A stretch of 64,000 nucleotides of DNA. It comes from Microthyrium microscopicum (taxonomy: Eukaryota). A program made the position numbers and the translations under genes. The stretch lies in assembly GCA_010405405.1 (NCBI GenBank), contig MU004231.1, forward strand, positions 1,929,784 to 1,993,783, read 5' to 3'. This document shows, piece by piece, positions 1-12,200 of the stretch. How positions within the stretch are numbered: position 1 is the stretch's first letter; every line of letters begins with the position of its first letter. The notes beneath the pieces are model-generated. The model was not told the origin of the DNA and searched no databases. It saw nothing but the letters and a program-made list of their open reading frames with translations.

Positions 1-42
1 TGTTGCGACTGGCCAATTTGCGTTGGCATCTTGGATAGTATT

Positions 43-954
43 CTACGCCCAATCGACCATTTCGAAGCTGGTTATGACGCTAGGAGCTGGCTCTTGTAGG
101 AGGCTATCGATATCTGCTGGCATCCAGCTGTTAACAGCCATCTCGAGATCGTCTTCGCCAGCTTTTGTATCGTCATCCGCCGGCTGGCTGGTGTACGCTT
201 CGATGGCTGAAGCGATCCACGCCCACTCATCTTCCTCCGCCTCTACAGCCGGCACAGAAGTCTCCTTCTCTCTGTGTATCGCAGCAAGCTCCTCAAAATC
301 CCACGCATCCAGGACTTGTGGTATTCGCGGTAATCGACAAACAACTACACCTTCGACGTCCAGACTGTCCTCCCAGATTTCTTTGGTCTGCACGCTTTCC
401 GTTTCTGGCTGCACAGCGTCAAATCCGGGGAGCACAGCGTCAATCCTGGAGACATATGGAACCAGAGCCCAGGCCTTGGACTCTTCGCTGCCAGCAGTTC
501 CATTGGCAACATTGTCAGCAACGGCGGTATGGTTGACAGCAGTACCATCAATGGCCGGGGAATTGTCACGAACAGTAATAATCTCCTCCATAACTCTCTC
601 ATAAGTATTCCGCCACTTCAGCCTATCACCTCTCGGCTTCCCATAAAGCTGCGTGACCAAGCCAGCAATCACCCTCGACAGCGAAGCATCAGCCTCTCTC
701 ACACGTTCATCGCCAACTCCACGGCGTGGCCGGTGTTTGTGGCGGCGATGACGATGGCGTTGGGGGTGGTTGATAGCGTCCTGTTTCCGTTGATTGTGGC
801 AGGGGCGAGGAGGCCAGGGTTTAGGTGACTGGTGAGCGTAGTTCGGGATGGAACTTCGATGACTTGAAGCCTGGGATCGTGGAGGAGAAGAGATGGTGAC
901 GGAGGAGCGGTTAGATTGACGGAGATTAGGGAGTGGAAAGTGCGTCATTGGCAT
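43..954 (-). CDS. Hypothetical protein, low-complexity basic N-terminus and acidic C-terminus
   Basis: Open frame of ~300 codons from the ATG at 954 in GC-normal DNA; no recognisable domain. Confidence 0.35.
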   Translation of the reverse strand: MPMTHFPLPNLRQSNRSSVTISSPPRSQASSHRSSIPNYAHQSPKPWPPRPCHNQRKQDAINHPQRHRHRRHKHRPRRGVGDERVREADASLSRVIAGLVTQLYGKPRGDRLKWRNTYERVMEEIITVRDNSPAIDGTAVNHTAVADNVANGTAGSEESKAWALVPYVSRIDAVLPGFDAVQPETESVQTKEIWEDSLDVEGVVVCRLPRIPQVLDAWDFEELAAIHREKETSVPAVEAEEDEWAWIASAIEAYTSQPADDDTKAGEDDLEMAVNSWMPADIDSLLQEPAPSVITSFEMVDWA

Positions 955-1363
955 GATGGCGGATTGTTGATGGGATTTGTAGGAGTTTTGTGTATGTTGA
1001 TATAGGGATTGAGGGTGTTCTAACACGTAAAAGTAGCAATGATGAGGTTTTTGTCTAGGAAAGGCGTGTCAGAGCATAAAGGATGTTTGATTGTAGATGG
1101 ATGAAGAAGAGCATGGAGTACAGATGCTGATCTAGATCGCTGCCATGTTGGATGTCAGTAGTAAATATGGAAGGCGATATCGAAAGGCGAGGAAACTAAA
1201 GGGTACTGTTCCTGGTAGGTTAGTAGATGAAGCACTTGCTTGACCAAGAAAAGAGGAAAGTGTAAAGAATAATTGAGGTAATCTCAACTCAATTATTTCA
1301 TTGGAAGACGCGCTGAACCCTTTTTCCGCTCCGCAATGCTATTGCCGTGTACCTGGTAGGACC

Positions 1364-2059
1364 CTATTCCTCGTCCGACGATAAAAGTGAGATGTACTCT
1401 GGTTCAACCTGCATCTGCACATTTTGAACCTGAGCAATACTCGTGGCCTGAGTTACACCACCATGAGTAGTCTGCATGGGAGTCTCAGCGACATGGATAG
1501 CAGTAATATCGGCTTCATCTCCATCCTCTTCACCACTGCCATCGCTGGACTCTTCTTCGTCGGAAGATGACTCAACCTGGATTGCGTTTTGATAGCCCGC
1601 CATCCTGGCATCTTCCTGTTCTTCTTCACCATCCTGCTCATCGTGTTCTTCATCATACACCTCTTCTTCTTCGCCATACACCTCTTCTTCTTCGTCATAC
1701 ACCTCTTCTTCTTCGTCATACAACTCTTCTTCATATACCTCCTCTTCCTCATAGTAATACACCTGCTCATCCTCCTGTCCAGATCCCGGTTCTTCCTCAT
1801 AGTAATACTCCTGCTCATCCTCGTGCGCCAGCTCGTCCTCATTGACCTCTTCCGGTGCTGCTTCATAAGCAAAGTTCTGGACGACAAGTAGGGCGGCTTG
1901 AGGAGCTTGAGGAGCTTGAGGAGCTTGAGGAGCTTGAGGAGCTTGAGGAGCTTGAGGAGCTTGAGGAGCTTGAGGAGCTTGAGGGCCTTCAAAGGGGTGT
2001 CCTGGTGCCTCTTCGACGTGAAGAGAGGAGGCGATTCTAATGGGTTCGATGGAGTCATG
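1364..2059 (-). other. Open frame continuing in frame after the NUP133 TAG: 231 aa, (PQA)10, very acidic, ends ...YISLLSSDEE
   Basis: Manual translation from 2059 (HDSIEPIRIASS...) shows no stop until 1364-1366; same frame as ORF 1364..1762. Confidence 0.45.
1896..1984. repeat. 9-bp tandem repeat (CTTGAGGAG) x~10
   Basis: Directly visible; encodes PQA repeats on the minus strand. Confidence 0.95.
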
Positions 2060-5000
2060 CTATCCCTCCATCTCGACATCTTCGTCCTCATACCCAGATT
2101 GAGATTCAATGCCCTGGACAACATCGCCATCCATAACATCTTCATCCTCCTCTTTGATGTAATCGAGCTCCACACCTTCATCCTCCTCTTCATCATATTC
2201 CTCCTCCTCCTCTTCAGCACGAGGCGAGCCTTGACGCCAATCCATCTGCCAATCATGATATCGCTGCTCACGATTCATCTTCTCTGTACCATCAGCTTCT
2301 GCCGCATCCACAGCTTTTTCTCGGATTGAGCCCCACATATCGTCCAGATTCACTTTATTGATGTATTCCTGCAGTTGATTGTCGTCGTGCACATTATCCT
2401 TGGCGATTGGCGCGCGCAGGTCATCAGTGGGAAATCGGTGTTCAAAGTCATTCAAACTAGATCCAGCACCAAGAACAGTCGAAGGATATGGGATTGATGC
2501 GTCCAGTGGAGGAGAGAAGAAGCCTATAGATGTATTAGCCAACTTAGACAGGGGACCAGTCAATTGTGTGTGGGATAACATGCCTTCGGCCACGCCGTAT
2601 TTGATGGTGTGGAACACTGACGTCTGGGAGATTACGGCGGCCCATTGTTCGTCACTCATACCATCAGTTTTGCCATAATCATTCCAGTCCTGGGCGACGA
2701 TACATCGCTTCCAGATCAGGTTGCGCACAGTATCAACGGTATGTGATTCCATGTCGGCTGAAGCTGCTTCAAGAACTTGAAGAGCGAGGTAGAAGTCTTT
2801 TCGATAAATCGGAGAATCAGCCTGTATCTCGTTGTTATCAAATAGAGTTAACAGATCGATGAGTGACTCCGGCGCCATGACTCTATGAGACAATAGATCC
2901 GAGAATCCAAGTTTGAGCAGTTGTGTCAAAGCAGGCTGTTCCTCCTCAATATGAGAGGCAAAAATTGTGACGATGTTCTGTAGTTTAGCCTCCTCATCTG
3001 TAGCATCAATAGTGAATGGTTGCACAGCTTCGTAAAGTTGAGCCTGTATTCGGGAAATGACAGTATCACGCTGATTCTGAGCAGTCAACTCCTCAATAGC
3101 CAGAGCTGTACTGTCTGTTGCAGAGTTCTCAAATGTAGCATCGGCTTGCACTTGTTGCGGTAGACACAAGAGCGCCAGTTTGGCCATGGAAAGTTCTATT
3201 TTCCGAGACCAAGCATTCGACTCTCGAGAGTGAGCAACGTCTGTCAAGTTCTTTGCAGCATAGAGCATGTTGCCTTCCTTGCTAACCTCGTTGATCCATG
3301 AGATTTTTGCATAAGCAGGGTCCGAACGTAGAAATTCTGTCCGCGACTCCTTTGTCCCAAGATCTCGATCGATCAAGTCAGCAAGGCGCTGTGATGAGAC
3401 CTGTCCCTCGTAGAAAGGTTGCGCGAATTGTTGACCAAATTTCCGGAAGTAGTGCTTGATTTTTGCTTCAATCTTGTCAAGAGAGGATTCGGGTTGTGGT
3501 CGTCCAGCCTTGGGCTTGGGGATTTGACGCTGCAGTGTGTTCTGGCGGTCCAGTTCTTGCAGAGCCAGCTCGACTAAAGCTGGAATGTCTGCAAACTCTT
3601 CTGCCAGCGCTAACGCGCCATCAAAATGGCCCATTTCGTAGAGGAAAACGATTTGATGTTGTCTAATGGTTGCTTCGAATCGCTTTTTGGTTTCGGCTCC
3701 TTTGTGTTTGAGCTCCTCATCGCTCTGCGAGGTGAGCCAGCTGTAGCTTTCGACATATCCTTTGCAGCTAAGCCGAATGACAGCTTCCATATCCTGAGTT
3801 ATGGAATCAACAACCTCCATTGTCGCTTCAGAGTGAGTAGAGCTGTTTGAGATGAAATACTCCATGGTGAGATCGTGTGTGAGCTTGATGCTCCAGCTCA
3901 GTGCCTTGATAACATCATCAGAAGAAGTCCAGAATCTATGCAAGTCCTCAAACCCAGCCAGAAGAACACCTCCGTCGAGCTCTTCATTTCCTAGACCGTA
4001 TTGAGATGCATTGCGTTGACGAAAGTCATATGCTGTGCCTAATCCAACAGTAAATAACTCGTTCATTTGAGGAACAAGACGCAAAAAGTCGGCAGAATGT
4101 AATGTTTCGTTTCTGTTTTGTTCCTTAATGATGTGAAAGCATATAGGAAATATGCGTTCGAGGTTGTCCAGCTTTTTCGAGAACCAGTATCGAAGTGAGT
4201 CAGTCGTTTCGGTGTGGCCATTAGCCTCATCCGAAAAGGTGTTCAAAGCAGCATCGATGCCTTCGTCCAATAAAGTGATCTGCTCACGGGAGTTGCTCAA
4301 TCGGCGGTCTTGGGTTTTCCAAATAGCGCGAGCAGTTGCTAATCGTTCGGCGTCGCTCAAGAGCTTCCATTTGGCTGAGCGAGACAGGGGCGAGCAGTGT
4401 TTCTTGAGAAAATCGGCCAGGTCCTGAAGAGCTTTCATGCGGATGACAAGGTGTTGCTCCATGGAACCTGCGCCCTCTTGGAGATAGTCGGTTCTTGTGG
4501 TCAGGATTCTGGTGCTTGTAGCCAAGGCGGCAGTCTCAATATCGGCTCCAGAGTATTTGAATGAAGAAAGATCATATAGATCAACGACGTTGTTGGGTAT
4601 GGTTCCAAAGAATACCGCTTGCTCTATCTTGCTAAGGGGTAATGGTAGTCGGAAGCGACCTTGAGATGCTTCGCCATTGTAGGCATCTGCCGAGATTCGG
4701 ATTTCGCCTGCAGTCTTGGTAAACAGTAGGAGGTTAGAGTGATGGGGTTGAAATTTCTTGTTGCCAAATTCAGCACTTGAGGCGATGATTTGGCCTCCTC
4801 GCTCTGTCTTGAAATGGATGACATCGTGATAGAATGCAGGGACAGCAGCTGCTGCGTCCTCATCATCCTCGTCATCCTCCACTGCGGCGCGAGGAGGATA
4901 TGAAACGACAACCACAGTCTTCTCGTCGACAATGAAGGCGGTATGATCTGGTGTGGGTATGATGAGCTTGACAGAAGTGTCAGCTGGCTGAGATGGCTTC

Positions 5001-6402
5001 CATGAGGTAATTGGGAATATTCGATGAACATGTGCTTTCGCACCACCCAAGGTTATGTCGAGAATGATGAATTGGTTTTCGGAGGCGGTGTTCAATTGGA
5101 CGAGCAACGCGGCTTCAATGGGGACGTGACTAGCATCTCCATTACGCGCAAGCTGATTTCCATAGCCGCTTGAAATAGCCAGATCCACGAATTGTAGACC
5201 AATTTTGGCTGAAGAGTCCAGCAAGCCAGCTCTTGATAGTTCATCTCGAACTTCCTCTGACGATTCAATTTCTCCAATATAGGCACTTTGACCGGCTTCT
5301 CGTACTTCCCAGATTTTGAAGACCCCTTCTACCGTGAGAGCAATGACTTCGACTTTGGATTTGGCCAATGGTCGAGTCTTCACAGCACTAAGCTTGTTTC
5401 GCGAAATTCCTTGGAAGACTTGAACGATATCGCCAAAGAAACTGCTCTTGCTTGTGGTTTTAAGGAATTCCATCTCAATTTGAGGGTGTCCATAAGTGTC
5501 CTGTAGTGTCAAATGGGCAAGTCGGCCAGAAGAGGTGACAATAATAAGGCCCGCTGATTCAACATCCACCAACTCTTCGACACTCTCGCCGGAGTATAGT
5601 TTGATGACACCTTCAACCCCATGCCGACGTTGTTCGAAAAGTTTGAGCGTTTCGGCACTATCGATATCCTCCCAGTAGGTGATTTTTCCAGTAGTTGGGT
5701 AAACAACAACCAAGCCCAAGTTCTTCGACGCGTTGCTAACAAGAGTGGCCAACGGTAATTGTTCGGAAGACTTTACGGGATACGGCAAGCTTAGCGACTT
5801 GGTGTGAGGAGATGATGTAGGAAGTGTACAGTCCCAGATGAGGATGGATTCGTGTGTGACGGCAATGGCAAGTGTGGAGGCAGGACGCGATCGGAAGAAG
5901 GCCTTGAAAGATGCTAGAAAAATATTAGCTATCTCGACAAACCGCTATCAACATACCAAAGACATACCATGTGGATTCTTTTTCAGCTTGTCGGGTACAG
6001 CAGGAACAGAAGTTGCCGTAAACTTTTTATTTCGCGTCTTGAACAGGGTTATTTATCACTCAACAACAAAATAGACCAGTTAGAGCATACCAGAGTAGTG
6101 TTTGTATCCTTGATTGAACGAGGAGTTCCTGTACTGACGACTCTTGAATCTCTCATAACCAGTTCAGTGCCGTTGGCATGTCCATTCATCGCGCTTCCGT
6201 TAACTCCGTTTGTATTTGTTCCATTGGCGCCGCTGGATCGCGTTGACACGGTGCGTCCATTTGTGCTAGCGGTGAAGCTATCAGAAGCGATTCGACTACG
6301 CTTTCGGGGCTGGCGTAGGGTAGAATCGACATCGTTGCGGCGGCGACGACGAGGGTTGTTTCGCAGCGACGCGGGTTCGGTAACAGGTTCTGGAGAGAAC
6401 AT
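2060..6402 (-). CDS. NUP133: Nucleoporin Nup133 (N-terminal beta-propeller plus alpha-solenoid)
   Basis: MFSPEP...RNNPRRRRR N-terminus, GLVVVYPTTGKITYWEDI, YAKISWINEV, KIELSMAKLALL motifs. Introns 6090-6038 and 5967-5914 join the ORFs in frame; probable GC-AG intron 2583-2524. Confidence 0.9.
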
Positions 6403-7071
6403 GTTGACGGGGCGAAGAGTTTGTTGATGGAAATCAATACGCGCCCACGGTATTGAGATGGATATGGGGAGGAGAGAAGAATGAGAATGGAGATGAGCGG
6501 AGTTGAAGGTTTGGGATTGTTGGCAGAGAAATGGGATGGTGGATGTGTTGTTCTTGCTAAGTTAGTGAGTCGCAGCTGCAGGATGCACTTCTCCCGTTTA
6601 CCACTCAACCACTCGTCAACTTTTCAGGAAGTCGCGCTAGCCTCTTGGTCTGTGGCCTAACCTATTTGGTCACTTTGCGCCAGTCGTGACTTCTTCTTTT
6701 GGTCGTTTCTTTGGTCGTTCCTTCCCTTTTACCATTTACGAGTATTTTCAAGGGCAACATGTCAGATTCATTGACCAACTGACAGTACTCAGCACGATTA
6801 GACATCCTAAACAGTATCCTCACTTCACTAACAGGTACGACATACGGATACCTCTCAACACAAATCAGGTTCAAGTAAATATGTAATTTTGAGGCTTCAA
6901 TTATTTATCAGTTGCGTTCCAAACAGGTCATTTCATCCTTCCACCCATTTCACTTCGCGTCCTATACTCGAGTTCCAGCATCCTGTACTCGACTTTGCCC
7001 ATTCCAATTGCTGTTCATTCATCCAACCAGCCATATACATGGTATATACATCCCCAGTAACCAATTGCTGT

Positions 7072-9139
7072 TTACTTGCGTCCCTTAGACAGTCCACTAG
7101 AATTGGTATTACCATTCAAGTCACTGAATGAATTTTCGATCGCGCGTTTGATATCCTTGAACGTCACAATAAATGCCGTCTCCCCATCTCTGCTCGTCAA
7201 CTGTATCGTCTCATTGCTCCCAGCATCAAGACGATTTAGACATCCCAGTATATGGCTCAAATCAACAAGTGCTCGTCCTTGCGCATCCACCGCGTGGAAC
7301 ACGTAGTCGCGAAACATTTTGATATAATACCGTTCTCCAGTCTCGCTCCAGGAGTGATTGTGTTCGTTCTCAGGGCGTTCCAGGATCAGGTTCATTTTCA
7401 ATAGTATGCGGGCGATTCGCCCGTCTTCGAGGGAGGTTGCTAGAGCGCTTTCAAATGTGTCGAAAGCGTGTAACTGGTTGTCCAGGACCGTGATGATATT
7501 ACCAGAGATCTCGGACAGCAAGATGTCGATGCTCTTAGTCTGCTCCTGTGGCGGAGATAGCAGCCAGGAAATGCAATCTCGTAGTCGGCCAGTATACGCT
7601 CGCGATAGGCCGTCCAGAGCTTTATGCGGTGCTAAGTAGACGGAAGCATTCCCTGCGGCGATGCATAGAATTAATCGGCCTAGTTGGACCAGATCTTCTT
7701 GTTGTTCCAGTTTAAAAGAGCGCTGCATACCCACTTGCGATGCGTCAAATTTGACAACGTCGAGAATACCGCATGCGTTAAGCCGAATGCGATTCTTCCC
7801 AGTAAGCAGAATTTTGGATGGGTGAATGACTTGCGCAGCCAAGCCGCCGGCGTGTATGATTTTGAGAGCAGATGCCAGTTGCGCCATGTATGCCCATAGT
7901 GTTTGTTCGGAAACATATTGTGGATTGTAAGCGCGTACAGGATTTCCAAAGCGATCCATATTTCTACCTTGGGCGCTTTGTGGAAAGTGATGCTCTGCTA
8001 GGGTGCTTGAGCATGGGTGGTAATCCATCACAAAAATGAGAGACGAATCGCCAAATGCTCTTGTTGTAAAGACATCGTGCACTGTCACCATGCTTCCATT
8101 ATCTATCCGTTTCCATGGTTGAAGTGCTCTGATAGCATGCTCATTGGTCAGCCGGTATCCTATTTCTGTTAGCTGAAAGGATGGCATAAGGTTATGCGCA
8201 ATTACCTTCCAAGCGTCGCAAAGCATAAGTCTTGCCATCTTTGCTTGAGACCGCCTTGTATATCCAGGTCGGGTAGCCAAAAATGTTACTATTCTTCTGG
8301 CTTAGCGTATCCAGCGGTACCAAGGAATGGAAGTGATCGAGATGTGGGAGCACCGTCGAGTTTGGCAACACTTGTAAACTTGCTTCATTGCGCCGTTGAA
8401 ACTCTCTTCTTAAGTCTTCAGAGATAAAAAAGTCGTGAGAAGTCCTTTGGTATGCCAAGAGATTATCTCGGTGTGGAGCCAGAGGAGAGTATAGGTGATA
8501 TTGGAGTGGTTGGGTGAAAGCGCCAGAATTTTGGTAGTAGGTAGCCCCAGAAAGTCCACCAGACGGGTCTTGTAGGTAGGGATTATTTATTTGCGGTTGA
8601 GGAGTACCAGCCATCGATTGTAGCGCAGAATGAAGGGTGTAGGCATCAAAGCCGCTTCCTAGACCTGTCGCATTCTGCGTGTCCGGCTGGAGAAGTCCCT
8701 GATTTGGGTCAAATCCTTGAGGAACAAATTCTGCAACCTCCTGAGGTGTCCATTCTGTGGCTGTTGGTTTGGGCCTCGCATGACTGACAAGCGGACTATT
8801 GCTTGATTTCGGTGTAAATGGGGCCGCGTTCGCGGATCGAGGGGAGATAGCGGACGGTCGCAACCCATTCGTTTGCGGTTGGAGAGGCGTAAAAGAAGGA
8901 GAGTCGACATTGAACCTGCTTGTATTGGTGCTCTCCGAAGAGGCCGTACTATGGCTCTGTGGTTTGGTCTTCATTGATGCGTCGTGATTATATGCGCATC
9001 CATCCTTTTCATACTTGCAAAATCCAAAGATTCCTATATTACGACATGGTGTATTCTTAAGATTCTCCCGTCCTTTCGGCCTTGGGGATGCCATGGTCCT
9101 CCGTATCTCAGAAGCAATGCCTCCGATGGGTGTGTCCAT
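7072..9139 (-). CDS. PAN3: PAN2-PAN3 deadenylase subunit Pan3 (CCCH finger, PAM2-like motif, pseudokinase, knob)
   Basis: CRNIGIFGFCKYEKDGCAYNH zinc finger, FNVDSPSFTP, FHSLVPLD, WSETGERYYIKMFRDYVFH. Intron 8205-8160 (GTAATT...GCTAAC...TAG) joins the two ORFs. Start could be 9094. Confidence 0.95.
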
Positions 9140-9701
9140 CAACTTCCTCACACAAGTTTTCGATTCGAGTTGTATTGATCATTCGGTAAGTTGGGAATCA
9201 GTTAGGTGTATTATATCGCGAATAGATGGTAGGAGCGTAAGAAGCCGAGTTCTCGGAAAGACAGTCGAGAGAAGTAGCTTGCGCAGCCTAGATGCGAGAT
9301 GAATTAAGGTCCGTATTGGATAGGTGAATTAAGGCTTAGTGAGAAAGGAAACTCGGACGCTAATATGCCAAATCGAGCTGGGACGACGCAAGACTTGTGG
9401 GCATCCAAGCAAAAGATGCTTGCAATCTATCGCTCGGCCAGATTCAGGGTCTTAGACAGCCTGATCACCAAACAGTGGTCAGCCGTGGAGGCGGTATCAT
9501 CGCAGAAAGGTTATGATGGGAATCTGGAGGTAAGTGAGAGACTTTCATTCGTAGTATAGGGTCCAAGTGAAGGACAGGAATGGCGATAATGGACCTAGCG
9601 GACCAGAATAGACTGCAGGAAGAAAGAATGGGCTGGAGATGTTGTAGCGAGAGCCTCTAACCAAGCGCCCGCCCTGATGGATGAAGTTGAGAACAACACT
9701 T

Positions 9702-9709
9702 GGCTCAAG
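9702..9709. repeat. Left target-site duplication GGCTCAAG
   Basis: Identical 8-mer at 39613-39620; each copy directly abuts the inverted terminus. Confidence 0.85.
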
Positions 9710-9808
9710 TTATCTCAGCCAATCAGATCGCGCCAAGTCTCCACTGGCTACAACGTAGTCGCGTCTAAGGACAACTAGGAAAATTTTATAGCAACTTACT
9801 TCATAATT
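9710..9808 (+). repeat. Left terminal inverted repeat (imperfect)
   Basis: TTATCTCAG terminus; 9763-9808 matches the reverse complement of 39511-39556 ungapped at 33/46 positions, and 5 of the 13 mismatches are G>A or C>T transitions. Confidence 0.8.
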
Positions 9809-10330
9809 TTGCTATTTTTATAAATAACTTAACACTATTACGTTTATAGCCCTATAGCTTAAATTTAATACTATTTAATCCCTATAGTTAGAAATTAGCT
9901 TTCTAATAAATCTATTTTTATTTAGAATTAATATAAAACTATAATATTAAAGTGTTTCTCTCTATATACCTAAAAATATCTAACGTATTTATATTTTAGT
10001 AAGCATATCTTTAACTATTAATTACTAAATAACTACTATAGTATATATAATTTTATATATATAGATATATTTAAAACTAATATTTATTTTAATCTAGTAT
10101 ATTATTTTTAGGTTATTATTATTAGTAGTAGTATATTCTCTCTTTTTATTCTACTAACTACTATATTATTACTTACCTAGTTAATTATTTCCTTATTATA
10201 GAATATATATATAAACTATTAAATAGTTATAGTTAATAAATATTAAGAGTCTTCTAGTATTATATATTAATTAAGGTCTATAAGACGTTAGTAAAATCTT
10301 TAATAAGCCTAATAAAGTTACTACTTCTTA

Positions 10331-10428
10331 TAAGATCTAGATAATGTTAGAAGATCTATAAAGATATTAGAAGATCTATTAAGATATTAAAAGATTTATT
10401 AAGATATTAGAAAATCTATTAAGATATT
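10331..10428. repeat. 20-bp-period array (AAGATATTAGAAGATCTATT-like), ~5 units
   Basis: Directly visible; lies upstream of the helicase relic. Confidence 0.8.
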
Positions 10429-10799
10429 TTATTACTTTATTTATATCTCACTACTAAACTATTATGCTTATTATATATTCTAGGTCTAAACTATTTTAAC
10501 TAAGTTAGTAATACTATTTATAAAGATAAAAAGAATACTAAAAATCTCTTAAGGATTCTAAAAGAAGCTAGTAAATAGGTAAACTAATAATAGGGAACGT
10601 TTTCTTAATTATTATAAAAGCTAAGAGATATAGTATCTTCTATTACTATATAATCTAAATAAGATAAAGCTAAAAGAACTTAATAAATATACTAAGAAAA
10701 TACTTAGGATAAAACTAGAAACTATTTAGAAGATAATTAATATCTTAACTTAGAGTAAAAGTTATTTAGAGAAATAGCCTAGCGTATTAAGAAGTACTT

Positions 10800-12200
10800 T
10801 AAAATAATTCTATTTAGACATTAAGCCTAAAAAAGCCTAGATTTAAGCTCTTTATATATTAATCTATAGTAGTAGAGATATACTTTTAATAGCTAAAACT
10901 AGGTTTAGTAAAAGCTTAATCCTATACGCTTATAATACTCTTACTAGCAAGATTATACTCTAGATTATTCCTTTTAATAAACTTAAAGAAAATTAGTATA
11001 ATAGTATTAAAAACGTAGTAAAATATACTCTTTATCTACTAATAAAGGATTCTAAAGAGAAAATTTAATATTTTACTTATAGAATAAGGAAAAGAGACTT
11101 TAGTTATATTTTCTTATTACTAGAGCTAGTATTATCCCTAAACTTTTAAAAACTTCTAAAGAACGTAGAGTTTTAGCAAAGAATTAGATATATTACTATT
11201 AATAAGTATTATTTTATCTATTAGTAGCGTAACTTTTAAATAAAGTTTACTATAATTAGTAAGCTTAGAGCAATACTACTATAGGATATTATCTAGTTTA
11301 GATATACTAGTACCTTAAGTTAACTAATATAAGAAATAGTTCTTTAGCTTAGTAGCTTTTAATAATTAGGTTAATATTAGTAGTAAACTACTTTATTAAG
11401 AATAAGTATTAATTATTTAGATCTTTCTATTATTATACGCTTTATTAAGAAAGGTAAGCTTACTTTTTTTAATAATTTTTATAATATTCTATAGTATATA
11501 TTTTAGTAAATATATAAAACTACTACCTTAGTAGATAAGAATTACTATAAAGTAACTACTAGCTAAGAAGAAGTTTAACGCTAGGATATATAGTCTAATA
11601 ATAGATATAGTATTAGTATAGATATAGTAAGTCCTAAATCTAATCTTTATTCTATAAAGAACAAGAATAATACTAATAGTAAACCTTTAGGTAAAGAAAG
11701 TATTAATATTAATAGTTCTAGCTAATATCCTAAACTTAAGTATAAGTATATATATAAATGCTCTAACTATAAGATTAAAGTTAGTAGTCTATCTAAAATA
11801 CTAAAAATAATTATCTTTATTAATAGTATCTTTAGTATTTAAACTATACTTATATACCTTTATTATTTACTAATTATACTTACTTTTTATCTTTCTAATA
11901 GTTACCTTAAGAAATACTTACGCAATCTAAAAACTAAAGCATTTTATATTAATAAGATTATTAAGAAGTATACGTCTTAGTTATCTAAGTATAATTAAAA
12001 TTACTACTATACTACTTTTTATAAACCTAACTTTAAGATTTAAATTATAGTAGTAACTACTTATCTTAGGCTTAGCTACTATATTCTTAGTATTATACTT
12101 ATTATTATTTAGAAAATACTAATTAGTTATAATATACTAGATCTTTAATAGCGCGCTAGTTATAGTACGTAAAGTAAAAGTAACTATAGTATAGTCAAAA
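10800..12200 (+). pseudogene. RIP-degraded RecQ-like SF2 helicase (ORF probably extends further on both sides)
   Basis: After reversing transitions, one frame gives AKTGFGKSLI (10892-10921), IAIDECH (11192-11212), IxVATTCLGLG (12044-12076) and QRAGRGAR (12149-12172). Many TAA/TAG stops. Confidence 0.85.

Noticed and set aside
1453..2329. LKL, ELE, RSL and FFF repeat ORFs
   Set aside because: Alternative-frame or antisense readings of the 9-bp repeat and the acidic tract.
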